Shown: positions 33,561 to 47,079, counted from the first letter of the whole stretch. The stretch is 63,467 bases of DNA, filler included, from Hyphochytrium catenoides (GCA_900088475.1; 9 parts of 9 records of this genome joined end to end with filler, not necessarily neighbours in it); one strand, 5' to 3'. The notes: generated by a model not told the origin, from the sequence alone. A program made the numbers and translations.

Positions 33561-36500
33561 GTCCTTATTACTCTGCAATAGCAACTTCGGGCTTTCTATC
33601 CTTAGAAGATCAATAGCAAACACTATCTGATCTTCATCTGCAGAAGCTCCATAAATAAAGCCTTGACAGAGATCAGACAGCAATCCAAAGTGAGGGCCTT
33701 GCCATCTGCAGTCATCGCGGGGTGTCCATGTGAACGATCGAGCCGATGGAGCTTGCTCTAGAGCTCTCATCGCGGCGATTCGAGTGAGGTCGTGGGTGAG
33801 CCTACGCAATGTGTTTGCATGTCAACGTAGTGCGTCTAGCACTGAAGGCGTGGAGAGTGAGTTTGACGGGACTGCTGGTTGTTTGATGGTCGATCCGAAC
33901 GGAGGGGAAAGCTCAGTCATCAAACTTGCTTGTAACCTTTCAACCAAAATAGCCGCTAACCGACTAATGGAAGGACATATGGAATCTGGTGTATTGGATC
34001 GCTGAGATAACCGTTGTTATTGAGAATGTTACTCGATAAGGTCAGAAGGTGAGGATGCGATGTAACGGATTTTGAGAGAGGCGCCTCAGTCAGTTAGCAA
34101 CGGGGCTGAGAGACAGAAGGGAAGCAATGAATCAGAGCCTTGCTGTTTCTCTCTCTCTCTCTCGCCCTCTCTCTCTCTCTTTCTTTCTTTCTCTCTCTCT
34201 CTTGTTGTCTTTCCTGCTTCTTCGTAATGTCTTTCTCGCTTGGCGATCAACCTTCGAAGAACATTTAATTTGTACGCCGGTGATAGGGGGACAGTAACTC
34301 AGATTGCGTCTCCAGCTAACCACTAAAGTTGCTCAGTGAGAGCTATGTTCTATGGAGGCAATAACATAGAGCACTTTACTTATTAAGTAGAGCTTGTTGA
34401 GGTCGCAATACGCTCGAGAGAGCATCAGCAATATGACATTGCAGAGCTTTGTCTTGTCAATCGCTCAGTATTCAGTTGGACCTTGTTGGGGTGGTAAAGC
34501 CCTTCAGAGAGCACAGGACAAGTTACTCAATGCAGAGCTATCTCTACTAGACAGCTCATCAGTTAGAGCTCAGTTCAGAGCTGTATTCGCTTAGACAGTT
34601 CATTAGATAGAGTTCATTAGGTGGAGCCTGCTGTTGCCTACGTAGAGCCGTCACAAGTATCCATTGTCTCAGATTGACCTTTAATCCATTGTTCCCGACC
34701 ATGATAGTATTCAGTGAGGCGCTGAGATGTCCTTAATAGAGTCAATCTTCACTATGTCAAACTGAAGGGCTTAGTAGACCATCAGACCTCATCTGGTCCC
34801 AACGCCAGTCAGCATGTCGGTAGTGGCACTTTTTCCGACGACAAGAACAGAAAGGCAATAAAGTCCTGATGTCTTCAAGCGCGCTTTTCCGACAAGAGAA
34901 CCAAGCAAACGACGTGGCTGGTAGGAGTAGGAGAGAACTGATATGGGAACAAGAGGTTAACCCAGAAGAGGAACAGACAACAAGGCTCGCCTCTGAATCT
35001 TGCTGACCACCTGATAAGGGTTATTATACACAGGCCAAACACCTGAAAAGATGGGATGTAATCTGGATCGTTTTCGTAAGGGACCCTATAACCTAAAGCC
35101 CTAGCCAGCTCATAAAAGAAACAACCTGGTCACGTGATCCTGTCGTCATACATAACGACGGTGTCAACTGGCATTTTTAACGATGGACACGGGACCAGGC
35201 ACGACAAAACGTGCAAGCATCATCAGTTACAGAGGGCAATGAAACTCATGTCCTTATTAGTGCTATCGGCCGGTGGCCCAGAGACTCGAGGCAAGCTAGT
35301 CTTGGAGAGAGGCTTCTTTGGCCGCTTTATGTCAGCAACGTTATCTACCTTGTTACCGGATGGCCAGATAAGGCTCTTACAATATACGTAGGACGAGGAA
35401 AGGGGCCAAACGATATGCTAAGTAAGCGTACAATGACTCTCGTGCTGTGACTAGGGGCTCCTTCCTGTTCCCTCCTATGGCTGCATCGTATCAGCACTTT
35501 TCCTTCTTCCGTGACCTGCAATTTTATTAGCCTCCGCGTCGACCCTTGTAGACCACCTACCACTTCTGTCATTTGTCATTTCTAGTCCGATGAGACAAGG
35601 ACCCATCTAAATCCAGCAGCTCATGGACCATTGTTGGCTTCTTCACTGTTGTTCGGACATACCGATGAAGATTTACGTCCCACTTTGCTGAGCTGATGAT
35701 CACCTGACGCTCCTGCCTGAGAAACTAACCGAGTTCTCTCAAGACCGACTTTTGATAAGGTCCTCAGCCTGCTGCTATTGGCGCCGCTTTCTCAGGTTTC
35801 CTCCCCCGGACACTGGGCAAAAGAGTTTAGCTCTGCATGACACGTAAACTAAGATGAAAAGTAGCTTTTCGAGCAAGAGGAATGACCCGTCACCACTGCC
35901 CTTTACTACCTCCCTGCATCGGTGGACGGTGAGGCTTTTCTCTCTAGCACAGTCGAACGAATAGTGAGCGTCGTAACACCAACAGAAACTAGATTTCTAC
36001 ACGACGCTCACAGACACCAGGATGCACCCTGGTCCCGCTTCCCCGTTCCTTTCTTATGTCCTGACATTATTCTTGTCATTATTCAGTCCGGATCTGCTGC
36101 ATCTATGGATGACGCATCACAAGGAGCTCCTTTTCAATGTTGCGACTAGGTCATGTGTCATGTATGTCGCCCTAAAGGACGGCTTGTAGCTTGTAATGAG
36201 GTAACTCCTACAGCGTCCCCGGTGCTGGTAGGCTGTCTCTGCTACGTGTTTCTAACTTCCGCCTTCCCAGTGTCCAGAGCGCACTAGGAATGCCTACACT
36301 AATTAATAAGACTTATTTCTACCGTTTTGGCTTATATGGCGAGGAAGCACCTACTCTTTCAGATAAGACTGGATTCTGCACAATTGATAATGATCTATGG
36401 ACTCCCCAAAGGCACAAGGCTTTTCCAACTGAAGAACATCTTAGTCTTTCGGCTAGCTTCCATGGACGACTGCAGGTAGTTCTATCGTGGTTATTGACGA

Positions 36501-38071
36501 GAGGACAGTGGTGATGGGAAAGGAAGGAAGGAAAAGGCACGGAAGACATTCAGTGCAGCTCGAGGCCAGACAATGGCTTGCTGTCCTGTCCCAAGGACGC
36601 GCGGCCTGGCCTGGCTTCACTGGATTTTGCTCATCCAAGGAATCACCTTACCATGTCACCTTGGCTATGGAAATATTCCGTCAAGGCACAATATGAAAGC
36701 TTCCAAAACCAAGCGCGTACATCCGTTTTAGGAACGTTCATATATCAGATAAGGAAAATGTAGAGGTTACTTATTACGAATTTAACAATACCTTATATCT
36801 TTCGGAAAGAAATCTTCGGGTTTGTGTGAAGGTTACATCGCCAGCACTGACAGATTTTTTAGCAGATTCTTTTGGGGGTAGAAACTGAAACTGTTGATGG
36901 CACGGTCGCCACAGCTATTGGTCCGCCCATCCTACGACTAACCAGCTCTCAAGGCTCAGCCCGAGGCTGGCCCTCAACAGGAAAGAGAAAGTACCTGTAC
37001 AGGTGGGAGAAAGTGAATGTCATGTTGACGCAACGGCATTGTTGCACTGTCGCTCAATAATAATATCAGGGGTTATTCTTACTTCCCTTCAGTCCTATCT
37101 GTATTGACACTTGTGGGGAGGATCCAGCGCCACAAACCTCCACACTCCGCTTCATCCGCAAGCCCAAAGGAATGCAGGGCCAAACCCAAACAAAACACCC
37201 CTGTTTTCCTTGAGGTCCTTCCCTCTATGGTGATGGAAAAACTGAGACCTACGGCGACAGGAACTTCAACCATTCACCAACTGATGCCATAAGACAGTAT
37301 AAAAGCTAGGCCTACTCTAGGTTGTCCCAGCCGCAAGCGCCACCATACATTACTTTATTAGGCGAAAGAGAGTGTACTTTCCTTTGGCTTTCCTCTTCTG
37401 TGTATATTAAAGCCATTGATTGTTAGTGTAGGAGCGTTCTAAAAGCACTAAGAAATCTGGTGAGGGACCCTCAGAAACCACCATTCCGCACCCATCCAGA
37501 TATGTGCGCACAATCTCTACGCTACTGTTTAGCATCTATTAGGAGGTGCGCTTGGGAAGGACTTGGGTCGTTCTACAAGAAAAGGTTGCCCGAATATTAA
37601 CTATTGGATTTCCTCTATGGATTGGACCATAAACCAGTCCGCACCTTCCGTGCATCATTCTGTCTTGTGATTCGATGATTGCTGGCAGCACCTGTACCCG
37701 TGCGACCTGGACGAAAGAAGCTTCATCTGCAGATTTCTGCTCATTTATCGACTTCTGAGTCTTCATCACAAGCATCGCAAAGCCTTCTGCTAAGCCGAGA
37801 AGAGAGAGAGTCTGAAGCCACGCCACTAGATTAACAAGAAATCAGCAATAGTATACCAGAACTCCAGAGTTGTCCTATTGCAGCAGTCGTAAGGATAAGA
37901 GGACTCATTGTGAAGGCGCTTCGACATTGGGAATGCTGAGGAGCATACCGCTAGAGATAAACTCTTATTCTGTGGACACCTGACACGACTATGCTGGGTC
38001 TGTGGCATTGAGGAAGTTTCCCAGGACCTTGCAACATACGCTGTTTTGACCTCGTTGTACACGGTCAACTG

Positions 38072-39250
38072 ATGGAAGTAAGCCCCATGGCAAAAACTTG
38101 CCTTCCCGCTTCATTTGTACGGGGACGGTCGTTCACCCGGCAGGACGGGATGGTGCTTCGGACGGGCTCTTATAACGAACTCGTGGAAGCGCAGAACTCC
38201 AAAGCGCTTCGCCACAAGAGGAGATCTAACCAGGCTCACAGCGAGAGGTGCATGGAGCTCACAGAGCCCGTGAATCTGTCGGTGTTGAACAGCGCCACCT
38301 ACAGAGCAACGAGCAAGCAGACAAGGCGGCAGAAGCTCCTTGCTCAGTCTTGTTATTGGAGCTTCAACGCGAACAGTATCTGCTTCTGTGATGCTGTTTT
38401 CCTTGTGACAAGCATCTTAGAGACCTACACGATTGTCCAAAACAAGCACATGCCGCTCACCTTCTTAAGAGACCTGGCCACCGACATTTTAGAGAGCTAT
38501 CAACCGGTGAAGTATCACAACTGGATCCATGCGGTAGACGTCTTCGTACGGACTCACGCAGTCATGTCCAGCAATTCAACATCGTCAGCGCTGACTGATG
38601 TTGAAAAGTTCGCCCTGGCAGTCGCTGCTTTGGTGCACGATGTAGACCATCCTGGACATGATAATCTCTATGAGCGAAGGACATCATCTTCACGCTCTAT
38701 GGAGTGCAACGGCCATTCCGTGCTAGAGCGCCATCATTTATCCTTTGGCATGTCAATACTACGCAGACATGGCCTGGCGGCGTTTTTCACAGAGTCAGAG
38801 TACGAAGTGTTCACCGATATATTGCGACACGGCATCTTATGCACGGATATGGCACATCACGGCTGTGTGCTCAGTGCCATTCAGCTAGAGCCCTCTCAGA
38901 CATGCAGTACCAAAGATCTCGCGGGTGCAATTCTACATGCAGCAGACATTGGTGCACAATGTCTTCCCACCGAGGTGGCGCGGGTCTTTGAACAACGGGT
39001 CTTAGATGAGTTTAGAGCTCAATCTGCCAAGGAAATGATGCTTGGCCTGGCTCCGTCTATGGTGTACTTGGACGACCAAGAGAAGACTCTAAAGTCTCAA
39101 TTATCTTTTATTAACCTCTACGTCTTGCCCATCTGGGATGCTCTCCAGCGCCTGGTAGGAGGTATGGAACAGCCACTCGAGAACCTAAGAGCCAATGCAA
39201 AGCTTGCCGAGCAGGCGATAATGGGCTTGGACTCAGAAGGACAAGAGTAA
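38072..39250 (+). CDS. Class I 3',5'-cyclic nucleotide phosphodiesterase, catalytic domain only; intronless
   Basis: PDEase_I motifs YHNWIHAVDV, HDVDHPGHDN, VLERHH, TDMAHH, HAADIG and the conserved Gln in SQLSFI. Confidence 0.93.
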   Translation: MEVSPMAKTCLPASFVRGRSFTRQDGMVLRTGSYNELVEAQNSKALRHKRRSNQAHSERCMELTEPVNLSVLNSATYRATSKQTRRQKLLAQSCYWSFNANSICFCDAVFLVTSILETYTIVQNKHMPLTFLRDLATDILESYQPVKYHNWIHAVDVFVRTHAVMSSNSTSSALTDVEKFALAVAALVHDVDHPGHDNLYERRTSSSRSMECNGHSVLERHHLSFGMSILRRHGLAAFFTESEYEVFTDILRHGILCTDMAHHGCVLSAIQLEPSQTCSTKDLAGAILHAADIGAQCLPTEVARVFEQRVLDEFRAQSAKEMMLGLAPSMVYLDDQEKTLKSQLSFINLYVLPIWDALQRLVGGMEQPLENLRANAKLAEQAIMGLDSEGQE

Positions 39251-40242
39251 TCGTCACAACTTATTTATTGCCTGGCAGGCTGCTGGACCTATGACTAGGC
39301 AGCTTTTTATCCAGTGATCATTGTATTAGATAATGGCGTCGCTAGCTGTTGCTGATTCTTCGCTTCTCTACAACTTCCTAGTCGCCTGGGGCGGCGAGTA
39401 GCAAGAGAGAGACAAAGTGGACATGTCGATGTGTTTTCTAAATCTGTCAGAGGTTAACATTAAACGTGATGAACTTGTGTTTGATCTTCATCACTACCTG
39501 GCCTCCCAGCCTTAGCTCTAGGCGCTGCCTCTTCCCTACCAGCTTTCGGTCTCACAGCAAGAGCAGCCTGTCTTTCTAACGTCTCTGCCTCCTCTCTTTG
39601 CATACTTCCTTTCTCTGCCAATCTCTTAGCCCCCTTAACGTAATGAAGACAGCTACCAGAGCATGACCTTGATAGACAAGGAGCACTCCATTTGACCAGA
39701 GGTTGGGATCAGAGCGAGGTGACATTGCTCTTCGTTGAATCCCTTCTAAAAGCAGTAAGTCAGCCGCCCGTCCGCTTAGCTTCTTGCCTCATCTATCGCT
39801 CTTGCTCGCTTCCCTCTGCCTCTCTCCATCACTTCTCACTAGCTCTTACCGTCTGGATATCACTCTCTTGGAGCACTGCTGCTGCTCTTCTTCAGATGAG
39901 CGCTTCCCTTTTCGCGATGAAAAGTCTCTTCGTCATCGGCTTTCTCTGATCCCTTGTCCTGGCTGTGGGAATTACAAGTAGTCTGACTGTAACCTATAGA
40001 TTACTAAAGGGGATTATCACTTCCCACAAACTATTGATAGAAGATGTTTCTTCAAGTGTAGAAAAAAACTCTCCAAACGTTTCTGAAGATTATTGCAGAT
40101 CCGTCAGAGCTCCTTACAGTCTGCCCGGAGCCTGAAGAGGCCGAAGCTTTGCCATGGAACGCTTGGTATATGAGGTTTATGCCTGATTGGAGTGGAGCGT
40201 AAAAAGTCAGAGCGTAGGGGACTAGAGCCGCCAGGTGGGGCT

Positions 40243-43200
40243 ATGTCGAAGAGAGTCTACTTTCAGGGAGACCGAAGGGCGCCGTCCTTCACCGGTAATG
40301 ATGGTCCGCATCCAGCTCCTTTTTCGGAGAAGATCGAGTTTTTCATACTTGCCTTCTGTGCTGGTCTAAAGGTGCGATGCTTGAAGAAGGAAGGGTGGTT
40401 GGTGGGTGACAGTGACTAAGCCTACGTCACTCTGCCTGCTTACATAGGACGCGATCTCCTTCAATCTAATCATTAGTTTCTTTACCCGGAGCGGCGCGAT
40501 TAGACTGTGCACACTCAAGGTTGATGAAAGCAAGCGGTGGTGAATGCCACCAGCATACTTACTTGCTAGAATGCTCACCATTCCTGATATCTCGTCATAC
40601 ATATTTGTCTTCTGCCTTGCGCTTAGGCATCGTGCCCTTGACGTCGTGCACTCGTCCCGCTATCCTCTTCCTCTTGTCCCACCTCTTCTCTCTCTTTCTA
40701 CCCGAATGTCTCTCCCTACAATCTGTCTAATGTACATCTATGCGCCCTTCCGCAGTGCGTGGTGCTCAATGGACTCATCTTCCTGGGAAGCATTTTCTTC
40801 TTTCGTCAAGCTATTCTGCCACTCATCCACGTGCTAGGCCATGCTCTGCAGACACAAAGGTAAGGGGTCATTTATACATTAAGCTAATGGGAGGAAGGTG
40901 AATAAGGCTTCATGGTAGAGGGAGTGACTGCCTCAGGACTATGTCGACGGGAAACGTGAGAAAGGAGAGAAAAAGAAAGAAAGAAAGAACGATGTGATAA
41001 GGCTGAGGAGAGATCTGGAGAACAGCGATTACATAGGCCTTCTAGATAGTGCAACTGCCTTTCCAAGGCAGAAAGCTGTTTGAGAAGAAAAGAAGAGACC
41101 ATCAACTCACTGGGATCTTCGGATTTCTTATTCGCAGAGAAGACAGCAAAAGCGATGTCACTACTATCATTAACTGGGTCGTGTATGGAATTTATCAGGT
41201 AAGCTACGTGCTAAGAGATAGGGGAAAGAAACGGGGGGAGAGAGAGAGAAATAGCAACCGAGCTGAGCTCCGCCACACAACGAAGGAGAGAGAGAGAGCA
41301 AGAGGGACCGATAGTATCGAGGAAGAGAGGGACTGCTAAATGACATACATTGACAATGGCCTATCTCTGTTTGCGCTATCCGCTACTGTTAGTGTTAGAA
41401 TGTCTCCATCCTGATCTCTTGCTCTCTATTCAAGAGTCCCTGACTTTCTCCTTCCAGTTCTTGTGGATCTATCCAATCTATTGCATCAGCTTTATTTTGA
41501 ACACCATCTGGTACCAGGAGATAGCAGATCAAGGTGAGCAGTCTCTCCTCTTTCGCCTCTCACGCCATCCTCCCCTCAGGTGTCCTTACTATTGCTGTTC
41601 CCCTTCTCTCTTACCTGTATCTATTGCGCCTTCCTCATCTCCTCTTCATTATTGAGCGTGTTAGATCCCTTCTTGTCATTTACCTGACGCTTGCCCTTGA
41701 GATCACCGCCTCAATGTTGTCACTTTGCTCTTGTCATAGCCTACGCCATCCAGCATGGAAAGCCAGCAAGCACGAACGTCAAGGATATGATCAGGTCAGC
41801 CAATACGGCTAGCGACTGCCGCTAGTACTCACTTTCGAGCTTGCTTTTTGGTCCTTTCGACCAGCTCCATACTCGTCCTTTCTTCTGCTCTATTTGCTGT
41901 GTCCTGGTTTCATAATCTTGCGCTCTCTCTATACATATATACACAGAGATGAAGTCTACCGAAGCCTTCTCGTTGCTAGCCTCTTGTTTATGGTAAGAGA
42001 AAAACGTTCTTCTCTCACATCCTCAGCCTCGCTCCTTGTGGCCTTTAGCATTATTCGTCGACTCTTCTGGTCCTGTCCTTTCTTGTCTCCTTGCCCTTTA
42101 TTCGTCCTTCTCTAGGCAACTTTATGAATGACATGGCTTCCGTGGCTTTCTTGGCGTTAGTGACATTAGTCTCTTGCTCCCTTCACTTTCCTCTATCGGG
42201 TAACATCTATCGTTGTACTATCTAATTTGTTTACAGCGTTAGACCTCCTTCTCCAGGTTGCCTCTACGTCCTATGTTACTGAATGCTGATGGGCTCTTTT
42301 CTGCTTCTATTCTCTGGCTTTGTCGTGCAGCTCTTCCTTATGCATCTGGTTCCCATCGTGGGTCCAGTCATCAGCTTCATCTTCCTGAGGTATGAGAGGT
42401 CTACATGGTGGCGACATCTTTACGCGCTATTCCTCGCTCTTCTCTCCCGGGACACTTCCAAGTCCCCTTATATTGAAACTGCCTCTGCCAGAGGGATCTT
42501 GGTGATCTTGGTTTTTGATTAGTCCGGCTAACTCTTTGTTTCTGTCTCTGCTGACTCGGTAAGCTGGTTATACTCCCTGTATGCCTTCGAGTATACCTGG
42601 ACAGCACATGGTTGGAGCTTGGATAAGCGGTTGACATACCTAGAGAAGAACTGGTACAGCGCGGTCGTCGCAAGCTTACTTCTTCGCTGCTTTAACCTAT
42701 CCTTCCTCGAAAGTCTCTCTCCTTTCTGTCCCTGTGTCTCTCTGCTTACGTTTGGTCTATCGTTTCGGCACGCTTTTGGTTGCCTCTCACACCAAATAAA
42801 GGAATCTCTCACATTCTTTGAAGGGCCTTCTTTGCAGGTTTCGGGAGCCCTTGCACATTAGCCACCTTCTTCTCTGAGAAGTTCGTAAGCGTGGGAGTGT
42901 ACGCTGTACTCTTTCCTTTGGTAAACGTTTACTCTTCTTATTTTTGAGTGAGTCTGGAGAGTAACGCTTTCTCTTTTTCTTTGGACTCTCGCGGAACTTC
43001 CTTTCGATCTTTCGCCGATCTTCTATTTGGAAGTTTCTATTGCTTGCCATTCGAAGCAACCCTCCGCAGATAAGCACTGCTTCCTCCTACCAAGGGTCAA
43101 AGTTACCAATATTCAGGTATGTGCTTTATCCTTGCTGATATCCTCTCGGCTCGCCTGTCTTCTCTCTTTTCTCACACACTCTTTCTCCTCCCTCTCCCCC

Positions 43201-43658
43201 ACTCCTCCTCTGCTATCTCTCTCTTCCTCTCTCTCTATGTTCTCTCCCTCTCCCCCCAAAAGTCTCTCCCCCCTCGCATTCTATCTCTTTGTCCGAATGT
43301 CTCTTCCTTGTCTCTTGTGTCTCTGCCGCGTTCTCTCATGTTTTCTCTCTCTGTTCCCTCTCTCTGTCTCTGCGTTATCTTCCTGTCATCCTTGGTGGCT
43401 GTCTACGTACCCTCAATCACTTCTTTTCACCGTCCTGTGACTCTCATGTCTTGCAATGACGTCTTCTCTCTCTCTCCCTTGCTTTCTTCTCCGTCACTCG
43501 TCTCTCTCGTGGCTCCCTCCCTCACCATTATGTGCAACTCCTCCACCCTGATCTACAGATATCCCAAGTGGATGACAAACAAGCTGTTGGCCCTGTTGGG
43601 CTCCACCAGCGGACTAAACAAGCGCATAAGGATCACTAAGCATCTGCAGCAGCGACAG
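40243..43658 (+). CDS. EI24: EI24 (etoposide-induced 2.4) family membrane protein; 12 exons, 3' end in N gap
   Basis: Exons 40243-40371, 40448-40519, 40756-40859, 41138-41198, 41458-41533, 41740-41794, 41947-41992, 42331-42389, 42564-42653, 42824-42920, 43034-43116 and 43559->43658 join in frame. Motifs KCVVLNGLIFLGS, LWIYPIYCISFILNTIWYQEIA, WLYSLYAFEYTW, EKNWAFFAGFGSP and LPIF. Confidence 0.9.
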
Positions 43659-43715
43659 NNNNNNNNNNNNNNNNNNNNNNNNNNNNNNNNNNNNNNNNNN
43701 NNNNNNNNNNNNNNN

Positions 43716-43825
43716 TTTCTCTCTCTCCCCACACATACGCATACATCTAGATCCTTTTTCTCTCTCCCCACACATACGCATACATCTAGATCCTTTCTCT
43801 CTCTCCCCACACATACGCATACATC
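43716..43825. repeat. 39-bp tandem repeat, ~3 copies, abutting an N gap
   Basis: Unit TTTCTCTCTCTCCCCACACATACGCATACATCTAGATCC is repeated. Confidence 0.9.
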
Positions 43826-44177
43826 GGACAGACACATTCGAAGAGTAGAGAGGGAGCGAGACAGAAGCGTGTCCAGACGAGCGAGACAAAGAGATTGAGA
43901 AGAACAAGAATAGAGGACAAAGAATAGTGCAGGGAGGAAGAAGAGCGTGATCCTCTTGCCACTTTTATACGTTTTTCCTTCCTGATGAACAGAGATAAAG
44001 CCCCTGAAGGCCAAGAGACACTCATGCTGGTAAGCTATTGTTAATATTATGCTTAATAGGTACACGTATGACGGCTTAGAAAGAATGGAGATGTGATGGG
44101 AAGGTTAGGGTGAGGAAGAAGGAAGGATAAAGAGAGAGAGAGAGAGAGAAAAAGAAGAGAACAGAGCTTGAGTTAGT

Positions 44178-45116
44178 CTATTCTCCCTTCTTAGCCTTCT
44201 TCGGAGCGCGGTAGACGCCTACGACAACAGCGTGGTCTCTCTCATACGGCTCCAGAGTGAGCTGCTCCTGGGGCTTGAACTGCTCTTGCTGGAGCTTCTT
44301 CACCTCTCTGGCAAAGACAGCCTGAAAAGTAAGTGAGAGAGAGAGAGGCAGAGGTCAATGGCCAGAAGCGAGACAAAGGAGAGACTAGAGAGAGAAAGAT
44401 TTTACCTCTGGTGCAGCAGTAGAGTCAATGCAGCTAGCCTTGATGGAGACGACAAAGTGTCCTCCGTTCCTCAAGAAATAGTGGGAGTTCAGGGCCACAA
44501 TACGCGCCTGATCAGGCTGAGCCACATCTGCGAAGACAGTGTCTACCATAGGAACCAGCATTCTATACTTTAGAGGATGGCGCGCGTCCTCAATGATCGG
44601 GATCACGTTCGTCCGCGTCTTTGCCATGTTAATAAGATCTCTGCCAGATCTGTGAGAGAACTCTACGGCGTAGACGGCACCGCTGGGGCCCACGATGTCA
44701 GAGACGTGAGAGACTGTGGTGCCTGAAGCTCCTCCAAGGTAGAGAACCTTGGAGCCTGGAGCGATGTAGATGTTGTCCACACCGCCAAGGATTGCTGCTG
44801 CAAGCTTCGATCTGAAAGGGTTCCACACGCGGTATTCAAGCTTCTGCGTGCCCTCGCCGTTAGGGAGAGGCGTCTCAACTGCAATTCTCTTCTCTCCGTA
44901 CACACTGTGGCCTGGAGTGGAGTTCAAAGTGACGAGCGCGTCCTCCTTGCCGCGGGCAATGAAGACTCCCTCGTGTCTGTGAGGAACAATGACCACCTTG
45001 GCGCCTCCCTTCATGCCACTGTACGAAGACTGCGTTAGAGTGAGGGCAACATGAAGAGGGAGAGAGAGAGAGAGAGACAAGAGCGCAATAGAGAGCAGAC
45101 CCAGAAATAGAGAGAA

Positions 45117-45170
<54 letters not shown>

Positions 45171-45436
45171 GATCAAGAGATATGGACATCACGACGGATC
45201 GAGACGACAGGGTCAGGGCAAGATTGACGCAGCGTCTCAGGCACTCACCCTCGTCCTCCGCCTCTTCCTCCTCCTCTTCCGCCGGCGCCTCTCCCGCCTC
45301 CTCTTCCGCCGCCTCTTCCACCACCACGTCCGCCACCCCGTCCACCAGCGCCACGTCCACCTCCGCGGCCACCAGGAGGTCCACGGCCGCCACGGCCTCC
45401 TCTATCGCCTCTGCCGCCTCTTCCTCTGCCAGACAT
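44178..45436 (-). CDS. FBL: Fibrillarin (rRNA 2'-O-methyltransferase, Nop1)
   Basis: Exons 45436-45249 (GAR/RGG domain), 45018-44406 and 44321-44178. Motifs [41 protein letters not shown] and LEPYERDHA; TAG stop. Confidence 0.98.
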
Positions 45437-45857
45437 TGTTTTTGAGTTTTCTTCTGATTCTTCAGGTGACTAGACTTCTTCTAGTCTGCACTGGCTGCAG
45501 ATGGAGCTTCAGAATGGCCCGATGAGAAGAAGAGAATGAACTCAAGCTCAGCATCAACAGAGCACAGTTAGAAAACCGAGATGCGCGATGCCAGAGAAAG
45601 TAGCAGGAGAAAGTCGAGAGAGAGAGAATGGAAGAGAACGAGTGAGAGACAGAAGCAACATGAGGAGAGAGAGAGCGAGAGAGATAGAGAGAGAGTGCGT
45701 GAGATAGAGAAAGAGAAGGGTAGAAAGAGAAAAGAGAGAATGAGTGTAGAGAAAGCCAGGAGTTAGGGGGAGAGACGGGATGAACGAGAGAGTGAGAGAG
45801 AGGTAGAGAGAGAGAGAGAAGGAAAGAAATAGAGAGAGAGAGAGAGCGAGAGAGAGA

Positions 45858-45911
<54 letters not shown>

Positions 45912-47079
45912 CGCCCACGCATGGAACGGCTTCTCCTCCAACCAGCAGATTGAATGGTGAGCCGTAGCGAGACGAGATAATAATATCAGCCTTAAGCCCC
46001 CATAAAGCCTATCTCCCTCATGGTAATACACCAACCAGAAGAGGGTTCTCATTGCAGTTGTAGGGGTAGGTGGAAAGTCCGCCAAATAGCTGATGTAGGC
46101 CTACCAATTTAATGAAAACCCACGTAAATAGCCTTTGGTAGTTAAATGCATAAAAGCGGATACCTAGTAAAATATGATAACTGAGGTAGAGTAACTAGAG
46201 CGGATCAGAATCAACAGAACCTCTAGCTCAGTTGTTGAGCGACGAAAAGACACTTTCCAGACAGCGAGAGAGGGAGAGAGAGAGAGAGAGAAAGAGGGAG
46301 AGCAAAAGAGAGAGAGAGAAGACGGAGAGACACAAAGAGAGAGAAACGAGGAGAGAGTGATAGAGAGTGTGGGCAAGGAAGAAGACAAAGAATGCAGAAA
46401 GGAAGAACAGTGAGATCTCAACAGCTACAGCGGCTCAGAGCGCACAGCAGTAGCTTTGCAGGGCGATCCTCGAAGGACCGAGATGGTAGAAGGGGAAGGC
46501 AGAAGAGGCGGAGAGACAAGAGACAAGGCGAAGAAGCAAGAGACACAGAGAGAGAGAGTAGACAAAGCAGAAGAAGCAATAGACACAGAAAGAGAGCAGA
46601 CAAAGCGAGAAACAAGTAGTAGAAGAGAGTCCTATAGTCCCTGCAGCACCCTAGGTACGCTAAACCAGAAGGAAGAAGAAACGAGAAGAGCCAGCAAAGG
46701 GAGACCATGGACAAATCTTAATGATATTTAGCTGTTTATAGCAGAAGAGCTTTCGTCTTGGTCTCTCTCCTCCTCGCCACCTCTCCTCTCTTGCTGTTCA
46801 CTCTCTTCCGTCTCCTCTGTCTNNNNNNNNNNNNNNNNNNNNNNNNNNNNNNNNNNNNNNNNNNNNTTAATTAATTAANNNNNNNNNNNNNNNNNNNNNN
46901 NNNNNNNNNNNNNNNNNNNNNNAGCCTAAGAATGAGAACGTGTATGACGCCACCTCAAGCATCAACACGACGCAGGAGAAGCTAATGCGCCTCTTCTTCC
47001 GCCCCAAGATGGAAGCAGACAGTGACGCTTTATCAGCTCTTGCATCGTCTGCTCGAGAACAAAGAGTAAAAACCGACAG

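Noticed and set aside
37056-37068. 13-mer ATAATAATATCAG shared with ~45977 upstream of fibrillarin
   Set aside because: A few 13-mer matches are expected by chance in this much sequence, and there is no extended similarity.
15082-39250. GPCR plus phosphodiesterase as a cAMP signalling cluster, and PAP plus Phi-1 as a phosphate cluster
   Set aside because: The members lie on different contigs separated by artificial spacers, so linkage is unsupported.
39500-39960. Possible decayed transposase or coiled-coil ORF on the minus strand
   Set aside because: Multiple stops in the frames I read and no diagnostic motif; it cannot be assigned.
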